In this document: positions 48,657 through 58,702 of the stretch, piece after piece | Layout: each line of letters opens with the position of its first letter | How positions within the stretch are numbered: the first letter of the stretch is position 1 | Virus record (IMG/VR): IMGVR_UViG_3300032307_000731 | Location: 51,164-115,163 of that record | DNA: 64,000 bases | Reading direction: 5' to 3' (one strand) | Source of the DNA: a virus | The notes under the pieces: model-generated | Seen by the model: the letters and a program-made list of their open reading frames with translations, nothing else | What the model was told of the DNA's origin: nothing | Database searches by the model: none | Program-made: the position numbers and the translations under genes

Positions 48657-50346
48657 TTTTACAATAATACCGAGTGGGTTAAAATATAAGGGGGCTCCAT
48701 CAGTTGATGAAAGGGTGACCATATCTTTAAATCAACAAAGTCAACAAATTACGGAATACGATAGAAGTGTTACGATTAGTTTAGCTCAGGTTTATGATGA
48801 TGAGAGACAAGCATGTACAGTATTTAGACCAACGTTTAAAGTGAATTATGTATATGATAACACTTATGTCGGTAGTACTACTTATTTACCTTTTCAATAT
48901 AACTTATATTATGTTGATGCTGCAAACTCAACGGTTAGTGGAATTTGGAAAGGTTACCCACAATACTATGAATTTGATTTTTTTAGACCGGATGTTAACG
49001 ACCAGCATTTTAAATATAAATCAAAAAGTGCTTACACATACAATTGGATGTATTATTTAACATATCCATTCGAAAACGACTACACTAAGAAACTATATTA
49101 TTATTCTAACACAACTAGAGATATTGATTGGGAGGCTCAAGAAGGTATTCCATTTACCATTGAAAATATTGAGATAAATGGAAATGGATTAATATCATTT
49201 AAATGTATTGCGCCTCATGGGTTATCAGTTGATGAATATGTTGAATTATCTTTAACTTATAGAAATTCTAATATTTTCCAAGTTTACTCATTAGGTAATG
49301 GGTTATTTGATAGTGACCCTTATGTCTTCAATGTTTTCAATATTGGTTATACGGGAAATACTTTTGCGGATAATGTTACTGGATTATTTAAACGAGTGAT
49401 TAATCCGGACAATTTATTAGAAACTAAATCAAAGTATTATGTTCGAAAGCACAAAGTAATAACTAATCTTGATGATTTAATTATAACTAAAAATGGTTTT
49501 GAAAAGAATGTTTTTAATGAGAAAAAACAATTTGAATATAGTTCAATAACACCGAATAACCTTTCAAGGATATCTCAAAAAACTAGTAGTAACTCTTACA
49601 ATATAACATCAGCTTATGATTTAGATTTTGCAGGGTATAAAGATAATCAAATGAGACCTTTGAATGAAATATATTTGACAATTATAAATAAAGGATATTC
49701 AGGGTATTTTAATGAACCTTCATTTGGGTTTGGTTTAAAACAAGGTTGGGAGTTTAATTTAACAAAAGAAGTTAATGAATATTGGGATTTATTTAATAAT
49801 GAATCTAATTGTCAAATACCTTTATCGTCATATACATTAACAAGTGGAGCGACTAAAACATTTTATTATAATCAAAATTTATCCAAAGGTGATGTATTGT
49901 ACGGTGATTTTTGTGAATGGAATGACTATGAACAACTTGAAAGAGTTATATCACCATATTATCAAAAAATAAATTATAATCAAAAAGTTTTTCAAACTTC
50001 TGATTTTGTCGATACAAACTCTAAAGGGTTTTATTATGAACCTCATAATAAAATGACTTTAAAAGTATTTTCAGATTATATTGAAACAGGTAATGTTGAA
50101 TTTATTGACCAATTACCTGAGTATTCATTTTATTCGGAATCTGACCAACAATTTAGATGGAGAGATTTATATACTTATGGGTTTTTTGATAATTTTGATA
50201 GAGGTGTTGATTATCCATTTTTGAATACTTCTCATTATCCTTTTGCTGATATAGTGTTTAGATTAATACCGGAAGGTAGTAATTATAATGAAAGTTTAAA
50301 CGGGGTTGATATACCAATAAAACCATTAATAGATGACTGTGAATAA
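48649..50346 (+). CDS. Putative virion structural protein
   Basis: 565-aa Tyr/Asn-rich ORF overlapping its neighbours in the baseplate operon. Confidence 0.55.
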   Translation: MNNFTIIPSGLKYKGAPSVDERVTISLNQQSQQITEYDRSVTISLAQVYDDERQACTVFRPTFKVNYVYDNTYVGSTTYLPFQYNLYYVDAANSTVSGIWKGYPQYYEFDFFRPDVNDQHFKYKSKSAYTYNWMYYLTYPFENDYTKKLYYYSNTTRDIDWEAQEGIPFTIENIEINGNGLISFKCIAPHGLSVDEYVELSLTYRNSNIFQVYSLGNGLFDSDPYVFNVFNIGYTGNTFADNVTGLFKRVINPDNLLETKSKYYVRKHKVITNLDDLIITKNGFEKNVFNEKKQFEYSSITPNNLSRISQKTSSNSYNITSAYDLDFAGYKDNQMRPLNEIYLTIINKGYSGYFNEPSFGFGLKQGWEFNLTKEVNEYWDLFNNESNCQIPLSSYTLTSGATKTFYYNQNLSKGDVLYGDFCEWNDYEQLERVISPYYQKINYNQKVFQTSDFVDTNSKGFYYEPHNKMTLKVFSDYIETGNVEFIDQLPEYSFYSESDQQFRWRDLYTYGFFDNFDRGVDYPFLNTSHYPFADIVFRLIPEGSNYNESLNGVDIPIKPLIDDCE

Positions 50347-51163
50347 AGTAACGATGGTACCTGATGGTACTAATAAAGACATAAATATTCCAATAAAATT
50401 GACTTGGGATTATTTGGGGTTAGACATGGCGATTGATGAGTATGAAACTCAAATGATAACTGAAGTTATTGGGGTTGGACGAGATTTTGAGGTAAGCAGA
50501 TTTGCTCACGCACCTGCTACCGGAACTACGGATAACACTGAAGTGAATTATGAATTTTATTTTTATTCTGGAGGACCTTTGTCGAATATAACGAGTTGGA
50601 GTATTGATTATATGAATGAAGGGTTTACCTCAGAAGATTTATATTATTATAATAATAATTTTGCAAATTCATTTTTTAAATTAGATTTTTATGATACCCC
50701 GGATGAAAAAAGACAAACAAATTATTTGACGGTTATTATCCCAACTCAGCAAGGTTTAAAAATGGATGTTCAAATGAGTCGAAATGTTGTTTCAGTAAAG
50801 AAACCAAAATTTATTTTGGATTATGTCGGAGATAAGGAAGGGTTTTTCTTGTATTGGTTAAAGAAAAGAACTTTTTTGGATTTGGATACATTTTATATGG
50901 CGGCTAAGTTTTATAATGCAAAGACGGGACAATTTACAAAAATGATGACAGGTAACGGGACGGACCCATTAGATGATACTAATGGACCTCAATCAGACCT
51001 TTCTGATGGACTAAGGTATAATTTTGATAACACTCAATATTTTTATTACACCGTTAAGTTAGATTATCCGAGTCAAACTTATCAAGTATTAAATACTTAT
51101 GGTCAGAGAATGGGGACTAATATTCCCATAAAATGGTACGAATATGTTAACCCACCAGTATAA
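50333..51163 (+). CDS. Putative virion structural protein
   Basis: 276-aa ORF overlapping its neighbours in the baseplate operon. Confidence 0.55.
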   Translation: MTVNKVTMVPDGTNKDINIPIKLTWDYLGLDMAIDEYETQMITEVIGVGRDFEVSRFAHAPATGTTDNTEVNYEFYFYSGGPLSNITSWSIDYMNEGFTSEDLYYYNNNFANSFFKLDFYDTPDEKRQTNYLTVIIPTQQGLKMDVQMSRNVVSVKKPKFILDYVGDKEGFFLYWLKKRTFLDLDTFYMAAKFYNAKTGQFTKMMTGNGTDPLDDTNGPQSDLSDGLRYNFDNTQYFYYTVKLDYPSQTYQVLNTYGQRMGTNIPIKWYEYVNPPV

Positions 51164-52254
51164 TGGAAGATTTTTATAATATTAAGATATCACCGGAAAC
51201 AATATTAGGTGATTTGTCAGTTGTGGATTATCAAGGGACTCCTGTTGGGGTCTATTCTGCTATGACCCAAGTTGTGAGTTCAGGGGTGAACGGAAGTTCA
51301 ATTTTGACAGGACTTACCATTCCAATTTTGATAAGGCAAAGTGCGGTTGATGCGGGATATTATAGTCCTTTTGACGGAGCGGTTTTACAAAAAGATGTTG
51401 TTGCAAATTTTATATTTTCATCCACTACATCCTCAGGTTATACTTACAATGTTTATAACACATCAAATGAATTTCAAAAATTTTTGGATTTATCTGCTTA
51501 TAGAATTGATTGGGGTGATGGTTCACCAAAACAAACAATAACAACTTACGCACCTAATTCAATTAATCATACATACCCTGTTGAGAATAAACAATATGTG
51601 ATTACATTAGAACAGACTAACCCTTGGGGAATTACAAAAGTTTCAAAAACTATTACAACACCATTTAGTGATGTGACAATTTATAATCCTCAAGGAGAGG
51701 CGTTTTTCGCACCATCATCAGGTAATTGGATTGGTACATCAGTGTCTTATGATTATATATTTTCAGGTGATGCGGTTAATGAAGTGTCGGCTCAAACATC
51801 TAACAATTATGTTACGATACCATTTACCATATCGGGTGTTACTAAATCAAGATTAACTGAATTAGAAACTTATGGGGATTTAACAATTAATCAAAGAATT
51901 GGTACTCCGGTTATTAGTAATGGACAAATATGGGGAATGATTACCGATGTTACACCAATCTATACTGCATATACCATCACTCAGATTAATTATTATGATT
52001 ATTTTGATGGTACTACAATATATTTTGAACAATCATCAGGATTAACTGAGAACAATTTAACCTCAACACCAATAACTAAAGATGAAGTTTTATTAAAAGT
52101 TGTTGACCAAGCACAAATACAAACAAATGTTTTTGTTGAAAGAGGTAACAATAGTGCTTATGAAAGAGTTCAAAGAATTGGAGAGGTAGACAATCTTGGT
52201 GACATGATTAATTATGGGTACGGATTTTTTAATGTAGTTAACAAACAAAATTAA
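51163..52254 (+). CDS. Putative virion protein with a PKD-like Ig domain
   Basis: 'YRIDWGDGS...INHTYP...YVITL' PKD signature. Confidence 0.6.
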   Translation: MEDFYNIKISPETILGDLSVVDYQGTPVGVYSAMTQVVSSGVNGSSILTGLTIPILIRQSAVDAGYYSPFDGAVLQKDVVANFIFSSTTSSGYTYNVYNTSNEFQKFLDLSAYRIDWGDGSPKQTITTYAPNSINHTYPVENKQYVITLEQTNPWGITKVSKTITTPFSDVTIYNPQGEAFFAPSSGNWIGTSVSYDYIFSGDAVNEVSAQTSNNYVTIPFTISGVTKSRLTELETYGDLTINQRIGTPVISNGQIWGMITDVTPIYTAYTITQINYYDYFDGTTIYFEQSSGLTENNLTSTPITKDEVLLKVVDQAQIQTNVFVERGNNSAYERVQRIGEVDNLGDMINYGYGFFNVVNKQN

Positions 52255-52297
52255 AGGAAAAAAAGAACTAAACTATTTATAAATTAAATAACAAGTT

Positions 52298-53206
52298 ATG
52301 GCAATTGGAAGCTATGGAACAATAAGACCTTCAGATGTTTCACCAACAGATGTTGAAATCATCATGAATTATACACCGAGTAGAGATGTTACGGACGCAT
52401 TTGTCTTAACAAAATTGGATGCTCAAACAATTTTACGACCTTATTTTGAAAATTCTGAAACCGGAGGAAACGCAGGTGTTGAGGTTTTGGGGGGGTTATA
52501 TAATTTAACATTACCTGCTAATCAGTTTAACGCATTAGGGTTTTATACTTTATATTTGAGACCCGCCCAAATCAGAACAACAATTACTGATTGTGGGGTT
52601 TTAAGTGCTCTTCCAAATGTTAAAGGTCTTGTTATTGATTTAGCTAATGTACCAACAGAATATCAAAACAAATTTGTACCACAGGGATTAATTGGGTTTA
52701 GAATTGAATATCTAAATCCGGATGGTTCTAAAATACCTAATTTTTTCAGAGTAATTACTTCAAGTTTTTATTGTGAACCTGTTGTAACAAATGAAGTTAA
52801 CACACAACAAAAGGCGATTAGATATAGATATGTTGATGGTTCATCAAATTTGATATTTTTAACATTATCACCATCATCATCTCCAACTAACAAACCAAAT
52901 GCGACCCCATTTATTGGACAACCAAGCCAAGATATTATTATAACTAATACCTTCTTTAATCCGGTTACGATTGAAATTGAAATGGTTGAATATGACATTT
53001 CATCTCTTGCGATTGCTCTTTATGGTAATCAAACCAAATCTATTGATGATGGAATTTATACAATTTACGATTCACAAAATAACATCTATAGACAATACAA
53101 CTTATACGAGGTTAGAGACCAATTTAATGCGTTGTTATACGAGGTTAGACAAGGTCGAGGTAATAATATTGATTTTAGTAAAAACTTTACAAATATAACA
53201 ACTTAA
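52298..53206 (+). CDS. Putative virion structural protein
   Basis: 302-aa ORF preceded by TATTTAT and coupled to the wedge gene. Confidence 0.55.
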   Translation: MAIGSYGTIRPSDVSPTDVEIIMNYTPSRDVTDAFVLTKLDAQTILRPYFENSETGGNAGVEVLGGLYNLTLPANQFNALGFYTLYLRPAQIRTTITDCGVLSALPNVKGLVIDLANVPTEYQNKFVPQGLIGFRIEYLNPDGSKIPNFFRVITSSFYCEPVVTNEVNTQQKAIRYRYVDGSSNLIFLTLSPSSSPTNKPNATPFIGQPSQDIIITNTFFNPVTIEIEMVEYDISSLAIALYGNQTKSIDDGIYTIYDSQNNIYRQYNLYEVRDQFNALLYEVRQGRGNNIDFSKNFTNITT

Positions 53207-56193
53207 TGGCAGTAAATACGACAACAACAAAATATTTTTATCCGCCAAGACCTGGTAGTGGGGCTGCGACTTTTTCCGACAACATTGTAGGTTTACAAAC
53301 TGTTGAAGGGGGAGGTTTAACGCAAGGTAATTTTGAGTTTACAACTTCAGTTACTGAAAAAGTTAATAGAAATTTTAACGTTGGTGCGTTTTCAGAACCT
53401 TTAAGTTTACAATCGTTAAACATTGAAGATGTTAATGAAAGTAGAAGAATCATGGCAACTCAGTTTAGGGTTTATCCTAATTATGATGTTTCACAAGTTC
53501 TTAACTTTTCGATGTATGGTTCTTTACGTAAAAGATTTCAAGTATCTGCTACAAAAATTATTAATTATTTTCCAGCATCATTAGATATTCAATTTTCAAA
53601 CTTAGAGTTTGTTACAGGTGCGACGGCAATTAATGTTAGTTATGACCCTATTGAGGACGAAACTTATTTTCAAGTTAATGTTGATAGAATTAATAATCCA
53701 TTCGATATTGATTATTCTTTAAGTGCTGCAACCAATTTAAATTTAAGGGAAATTACAACTTCACCATATAGAAATTTATATAACACTTATTTAGATTATT
53801 GTGTTAGTATAAATGATGATATATTCAAAATAAATTCATTTCAACCATCGGATACGTTAGGTAGTGGTTATATTACTTTTTATGTGTCAGGTGCTCCTTT
53901 TGGTAAATCAGCAACTACGGTTTTTGAAGAATACCAAATTAGACCGAACGATTTAATTTGTGACAAAGTATTTTCTGAAAGTTTTGATGAAGTTGAAAAA
54001 TTCTTATTAAATAGATTAATAAGACCTGAATATACTGCAGTATTCCAAGTCCCTGCTCAAACTGAAAATGGAGAATTTTTTACGGATTACCAACAAGTTA
54101 CTTGGCCTAAAGATGGTCCTTGGAATTTAGATATTAGGTCATTACAATTTGATGGTTATTTAGCTCAATTGGATGCAATTGCAGAAAATTTAGATTCATT
54201 TAAAACAAATTTAATTTCGAGATTTTTAGTAACGGACTCATTAAAAGAGTTTGATACTATGGGTCAAAAAGTTGAGAAGATATTTCAAATTTATGGTAGA
54301 AGTTTTGACCAAATAAAACAATTCATAGATGCCTTGGCTTATATGAATTCGGTTAATTACAATCCATCTAACGATATACCTTCACAATTACTTGTTAATC
54401 TCGCTCAAACATTAGGATGGTCATCAAATTTTTCACCAATTACTGATGAAGACTTTTTAGAATCGGTATTTGGGAATACTTCAACTCCAACTTATCCTGG
54501 TTATGCGAGAGCGTTAACACCTACTGAGATTAATTACGCATATTATCGTAATTTAATTATTAACGCCTCTTATTTATTTAAATCAAAAGGTACAAGAAGG
54601 TCAGTTGAATTTTTAATGAGATTAATTGGTGCTCCGGATTCATTAATTGAATATAATGAACATATCTATTTAGCCGACCAAAAGATTAATTTAGACCAAT
54701 TCTATACACAATGGGCGACAATATCAGGAGGAACTTATGTTGATAATACTCCGGCCTATTTACCTGGTCAAACATATAAAATTAGAGGTAACGTTTATTC
54801 CGCTTATACATCAATTGCAACATATGAAGATGTATCGATAAGATTGGATGAATATCCTATGGATAGTTTAGGATTTCCTAAAGCTCCTGTTAATACGGAA
54901 AGTTATTTTTTCCAAGTTGGGTCGGGATGGTATGAATCAACTCCACAACATAGAAGTCCTGATGAAGTAATTATTACCGGAGATGTTTACACCGGTCAAA
55001 ATTATAATATCCAAACAAGTCTAACTCCGTTTACTTATGGACAACCATATTTAGATAGATTTAGACAATTCCCTTATATGAATGAAGGGTTTAAATTGAG
55101 AAAAGTCGTTGATAATAAAAAGTCTTGGTTAGAAGAAGATGATAAGATTAGATTGTCAACGGAGGGTGATTATAATGCTTACTATTATGTTGATAATGAA
55201 AAGTTAGTTTTAAATGTTAAAAATGTTGATTTATTTTTAAATCCTTCCCAAGGTCTTGTTTATGATGTTTGGAGAGAATCAGTTAACTATGATTATCCAA
55301 TTCCTGAATCAGGGTTAACAATTGGTTATCCGGTTCCGGGTGGAGTGGATTGGACTTACATAAATCCCCAACCAAAAAAGAAAACATTCTTTGAATTCTC
55401 ACAAACATTTTGGGAGAACATGATTAATGTTAGAAATCGACAATATATTAGTGATGGTAAAACAGGAGGTTATCCGACATTACAATCAATATGGTGGAAA
55501 TATATTGAATCTGAAGCGACAGTTGGTTTACCAAATAGCAAATATACTTATCAAAAACTTATTGATTATGTAAATGGTATTGGTCCTTATTGGATGAAGT
55601 TGGTTGAACAAATGTTTCCCGCAACAACAATTTGGAATACCGGTGTTAAATTAGAAAACTCAGTTTTACATAAACAAAAATTTGTTTATAGAAGACAAAG
55701 AGGATGTCAATTCGTTCCGGTTCCTGTTAATCCTTGTTTTATAATTGATAATATCTTTGATTTTAATTGTGCAACCGAAACAACGGTATTTAACGTATTT
55801 CCATGGTTAAATGGTGACCCAAATGTTGGGAATTTTAATAGTATTTTGGCAAACCGAATTGATAATATGTTAACCCAAAATGGATTAACGTTAAATGATT
55901 GTGTTCAAGATTCAGTTCAAACTGAATGGTATGTAGATTTAAGAATTGGTGGGGAATTATTGATTAAAGAACCATTCTATGTTGGATATGGGTATACCGA
56001 TGTCCCAACACTACAAATGTGGAGGGTTGCATTACAAAATAATCTATCATTATTATATGATTATGGATTTACTTACGATATAGAAGGAAATACTTTAACA
56101 ATACAAAGTTTAACTTGTACGGAAAGAAATATTGATGAATTGTTAACTTTAAATGTAGGAATACAAATAAATATAAATTGTAGTAGTAACTAA
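53206..56193 (+). CDS. Baseplate wedge protein (T4 gp7 / P2 gpI-like) with extensions
   Basis: 'IPSQLLVNLAQTLGW...LIINASYLFKSKGTRRSVEFLMRLIG' motif. Confidence 0.65.
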   Translation: MAVNTTTTKYFYPPRPGSGAATFSDNIVGLQTVEGGGLTQGNFEFTTSVTEKVNRNFNVGAFSEPLSLQSLNIEDVNESRRIMATQFRVYPNYDVSQVLNFSMYGSLRKRFQVSATKIINYFPASLDIQFSNLEFVTGATAINVSYDPIEDETYFQVNVDRINNPFDIDYSLSAATNLNLREITTSPYRNLYNTYLDYCVSINDDIFKINSFQPSDTLGSGYITFYVSGAPFGKSATTVFEEYQIRPNDLICDKVFSESFDEVEKFLLNRLIRPEYTAVFQVPAQTENGEFFTDYQQVTWPKDGPWNLDIRSLQFDGYLAQLDAIAENLDSFKTNLISRFLVTDSLKEFDTMGQKVEKIFQIYGRSFDQIKQFIDALAYMNSVNYNPSNDIPSQLLVNLAQTLGWSSNFSPITDEDFLESVFGNTSTPTYPGYARALTPTEINYAYYRNLIINASYLFKSKGTRRSVEFLMRLIGAPDSLIEYNEHIYLADQKINLDQFYTQWATISGGTYVDNTPAYLPGQTYKIRGNVYSAYTSIATYEDVSIRLDEYPMDSLGFPKAPVNTESYFFQVGSGWYESTPQHRSPDEVIITGDVYTGQNYNIQTSLTPFTYGQPYLDRFRQFPYMNEGFKLRKVVDNKKSWLEEDDKIRLSTEGDYNAYYYVDNEKLVLNVKNVDLFLNPSQGLVYDVWRESVNYDYPIPESGLTIGYPVPGGVDWTYINPQPKKKTFFEFSQTFWENMINVRNRQYISDGKTGGYPTLQSIWWKYIESEATVGLPNSKYTYQKLIDYVNGIGPYWMKLVEQMFPATTIWNTGVKLENSVLHKQKFVYRRQRGCQFVPVPVNPCFIIDNIFDFNCATETTVFNVFPWLNGDPNVGNFNSILANRIDNMLTQNGLTLNDCVQDSVQTEWYVDLRIGGELLIKEPFYVGYGYTDVPTLQMWRVALQNNLSLLYDYGFTYDIEGNTLTIQSLTCTERNIDELLTLNVGIQININCSSN

Positions 56194-58328
56194 TGGCGTT
56201 TAATTATATCATAAATGTAACGGGGGATTGTCAAAATAATTCGAGTGGGGTAATTGACTTATTAGTCTACGACGGCTCATCACCATATACTATAGAATGG
56301 ATTTCTCCGGTATTGACGACAAATACTCAAGTAACCGGAACGGTGACGAAAACAGGATTACTTAGTAATACTTATGCTATTAAAGTTACGGATTCTACAT
56401 TACCTGATAATCAAATTGAATATATCAATATTCCGGTATCAAGTGGGGTCTGTTGTAGTATTTTAGGTGTTCAAGATACAACTTGTTCTCAAAATAATGG
56501 TTCTGTTACAGGAACCTCAACAACTCAATACTCTTCAACAAATTATTATTTATATCACGGGGATGGTGTTTATAGTCAATCTGCGACAACAAATCAAAAT
56601 AGTGTTGTCTTTGGAAGTTTAACGGCTGGAACTTATTATATGACAGTTCAAGATTTAGGAGGATGTACGGGTCGTAGTCAAAATTTTATTGTTGAAGAAT
56701 CGGTACCTTTAAATTATGGTTTATATATGGTTCCGAACTCATCTTGTGGAGGACAGCCATTAGGTAAATTAACTGTAACTGGTTTGACGGGACAACCACC
56801 TTTCACTTATTTATGGGACAATGGTGCGACAGGGTCTACAATTACAGGTTTAACTTCGGGTTCTTATTTTGTTACGGTAACAGATGGATATGGTTGTGAA
56901 TTAAATCAAGGTTCAACAATTGTTGATGTTAACCCAATAGGACTTGGTTTTTTTACTGCAACTCCCCCAACCTGTTTTTCTGCTAATGGGGTGTTGACCC
57001 TTAATATTACAGGAGGAACTGCACCTTATTATTATTCAGCTTCAACGGGTCAAGTTGAAATTTCTTATGCTAATTCTTTTTCAATTTCGGGATTGTCTTC
57101 GGGTAGTTATGGTTTTTTAGTGACTGACGCGGGATTTTGTCAATTAAGTGCGGAATCATCATTGGTTTCTCCAAATGGAATCGCATCCGTATCAGTACAA
57201 ACATTTAATTCAACTTGTTCAAGTACAAATGGACAAATAACAATATCAGTAATTGGTGGAGTTACACCATATACTTATACCTTAATTTACCCAACAGGAG
57301 ATGTTGTTGATACAAGTGGAAGTCAAACGGTTCAACTATTTGACAATTTATCTGCAGGTACTTATTCAGTTGGTGTTAGTGATGATTCAGGTTGTTCATA
57401 TTTGGATGAGGTTTACATCATGACTGATAATAAGTATACAATATCAACAACGGTTACAGGTACTTCTTGTAATCAAGTAAATGGTTTAATTAATGTTGTA
57501 GTTAATACAGGTGCAACCTTACCACTTAGTTATTCTATTGATAACGGGTTATATGATATTTTAAATACAAATTTAACAGCGGTAACCTTTAATAATATTT
57601 CCGCTGGTACACATACGGTTACCGTAACAGATGCCTCAGGATGTGCTCAATCTACTAACGTATTAATTACATCAAGTGAACGATTAGATTACTCATTATA
57701 TAGTACATCTTGTGGTACGGGTAATAGTGGTAAAATAACTGCATTTATAAACTCAGGTGTACCACCATTTTCTTTCTATTGGTCTAATAACGTTCCAAAT
57801 AATCCACAACAAATTCAAGTATCGGGTTTAACAGGTGGAACTTATAGTTTAACTATTGTAGATAGTGGGGGATGTTCCTTAGTTAGAAACGCTTTGATTA
57901 GTTGTAATGCTAACTTAACATCATATCAAACTTACGTTATGGGTGAGGAAGTTTTTAATATTGAATCTCCAACTAAGTTTGGTTTATTACAAATGTTAAA
58001 TGAAGGTTTTTATGATTTAACATTGGATAATGAAGGGTGTGATTTAGTAAGTGCGACATTTACTGCAAAAGTATCGGTAACTCCTCTTAATTTAACTACA
58101 AGTGACACATTCTTTACAACAACTTCATTAAATGTTTATCCAACGGATAATCAATATTATGATACAATTAGAGAATTATTATTAACAATTCCAGGTGTTG
58201 GAAATGTTATTATAAACGCTCTAACAAATCAAATAACAATTGAGACAACAAGAGGTAATGATACTTTAAATGGTCAAGAGATTATTATTGATTTGATTAT
58301 TGAGTATGATATAATGTGTTTGAATTAA
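56193..58328 (+). CDS. SprB-repeat-like fibre/adhesin protein
   Basis: Repeated ~75-85-aa units 'C...NG.I.....GGT.PYTY.W......GL..GTY.VTVTD..GC'. Confidence 0.75.
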   Translation: MAFNYIINVTGDCQNNSSGVIDLLVYDGSSPYTIEWISPVLTTNTQVTGTVTKTGLLSNTYAIKVTDSTLPDNQIEYINIPVSSGVCCSILGVQDTTCSQNNGSVTGTSTTQYSSTNYYLYHGDGVYSQSATTNQNSVVFGSLTAGTYYMTVQDLGGCTGRSQNFIVEESVPLNYGLYMVPNSSCGGQPLGKLTVTGLTGQPPFTYLWDNGATGSTITGLTSGSYFVTVTDGYGCELNQGSTIVDVNPIGLGFFTATPPTCFSANGVLTLNITGGTAPYYYSASTGQVEISYANSFSISGLSSGSYGFLVTDAGFCQLSAESSLVSPNGIASVSVQTFNSTCSSTNGQITISVIGGVTPYTYTLIYPTGDVVDTSGSQTVQLFDNLSAGTYSVGVSDDSGCSYLDEVYIMTDNKYTISTTVTGTSCNQVNGLINVVVNTGATLPLSYSIDNGLYDILNTNLTAVTFNNISAGTHTVTVTDASGCAQSTNVLITSSERLDYSLYSTSCGTGNSGKITAFINSGVPPFSFYWSNNVPNNPQQIQVSGLTGGTYSLTIVDSGGCSLVRNALISCNANLTSYQTYVMGEEVFNIESPTKFGLLQMLNEGFYDLTLDNEGCDLVSATFTAKVSVTPLNLTTSDTFFTTTSLNVYPTDNQYYDTIRELLLTIPGVGNVIINALTNQITIETTRGNDTLNGQEIIIDLIIEYDIMCLN

Positions 58329-58331
58329 GAT

Positions 58332-58652
58332 ATGACACAATTAGAGATACGAAGTATATCGGGGGGTACTTTACCAATAAATATATATGCTTGTGATGTA
58401 TATCAAAATCAATGTGTTCTATTTGGAACTATTAATACTACTGTTCCACCGGTTTTAGTCTTTAATCTGCCACCTCAATTTAATAATATTCCTGCTATTG
58501 GTATTTTATTGAGGGATGCTGTTGGTTGTGAAAGATTTGAAGTTGGGATTTGTGGGGATTCGGGTGTTGGTAAAATATTCCAAAACATCGATGATGATTA
58601 TGTATTCCAATTTATGGACTTTATTATTTACCAATTTGAGGGGCCAAATTAA
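58332..58652 (+). CDS. Small hypothetical protein related to the SprB-like unit
   Basis: 'ISGGTLPINIYACD...LRDAVGC' echoes the GGT.P/D..GC pattern. Confidence 0.55.
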   Translation: MTQLEIRSISGGTLPINIYACDVYQNQCVLFGTINTTVPPVLVFNLPPQFNNIPAIGILLRDAVGCERFEVGICGDSGVGKIFQNIDDDYVFQFMDFIIYQFEGPN

Positions 58653-58702
58653 AAATTGGAATTGAATTGAGATTTCAAGGTATTTATTATTAAAAAAGAA
58701 CC

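Noticed and set aside
2289-53453. Short 60-139 aa ORFs nested in or antisense to long genes (e.g. 2289, 7162, 8671, 29524, 38044)
   Set aside because: Fully overlap well-supported genes and lack motifs; typical shadow ORFs.
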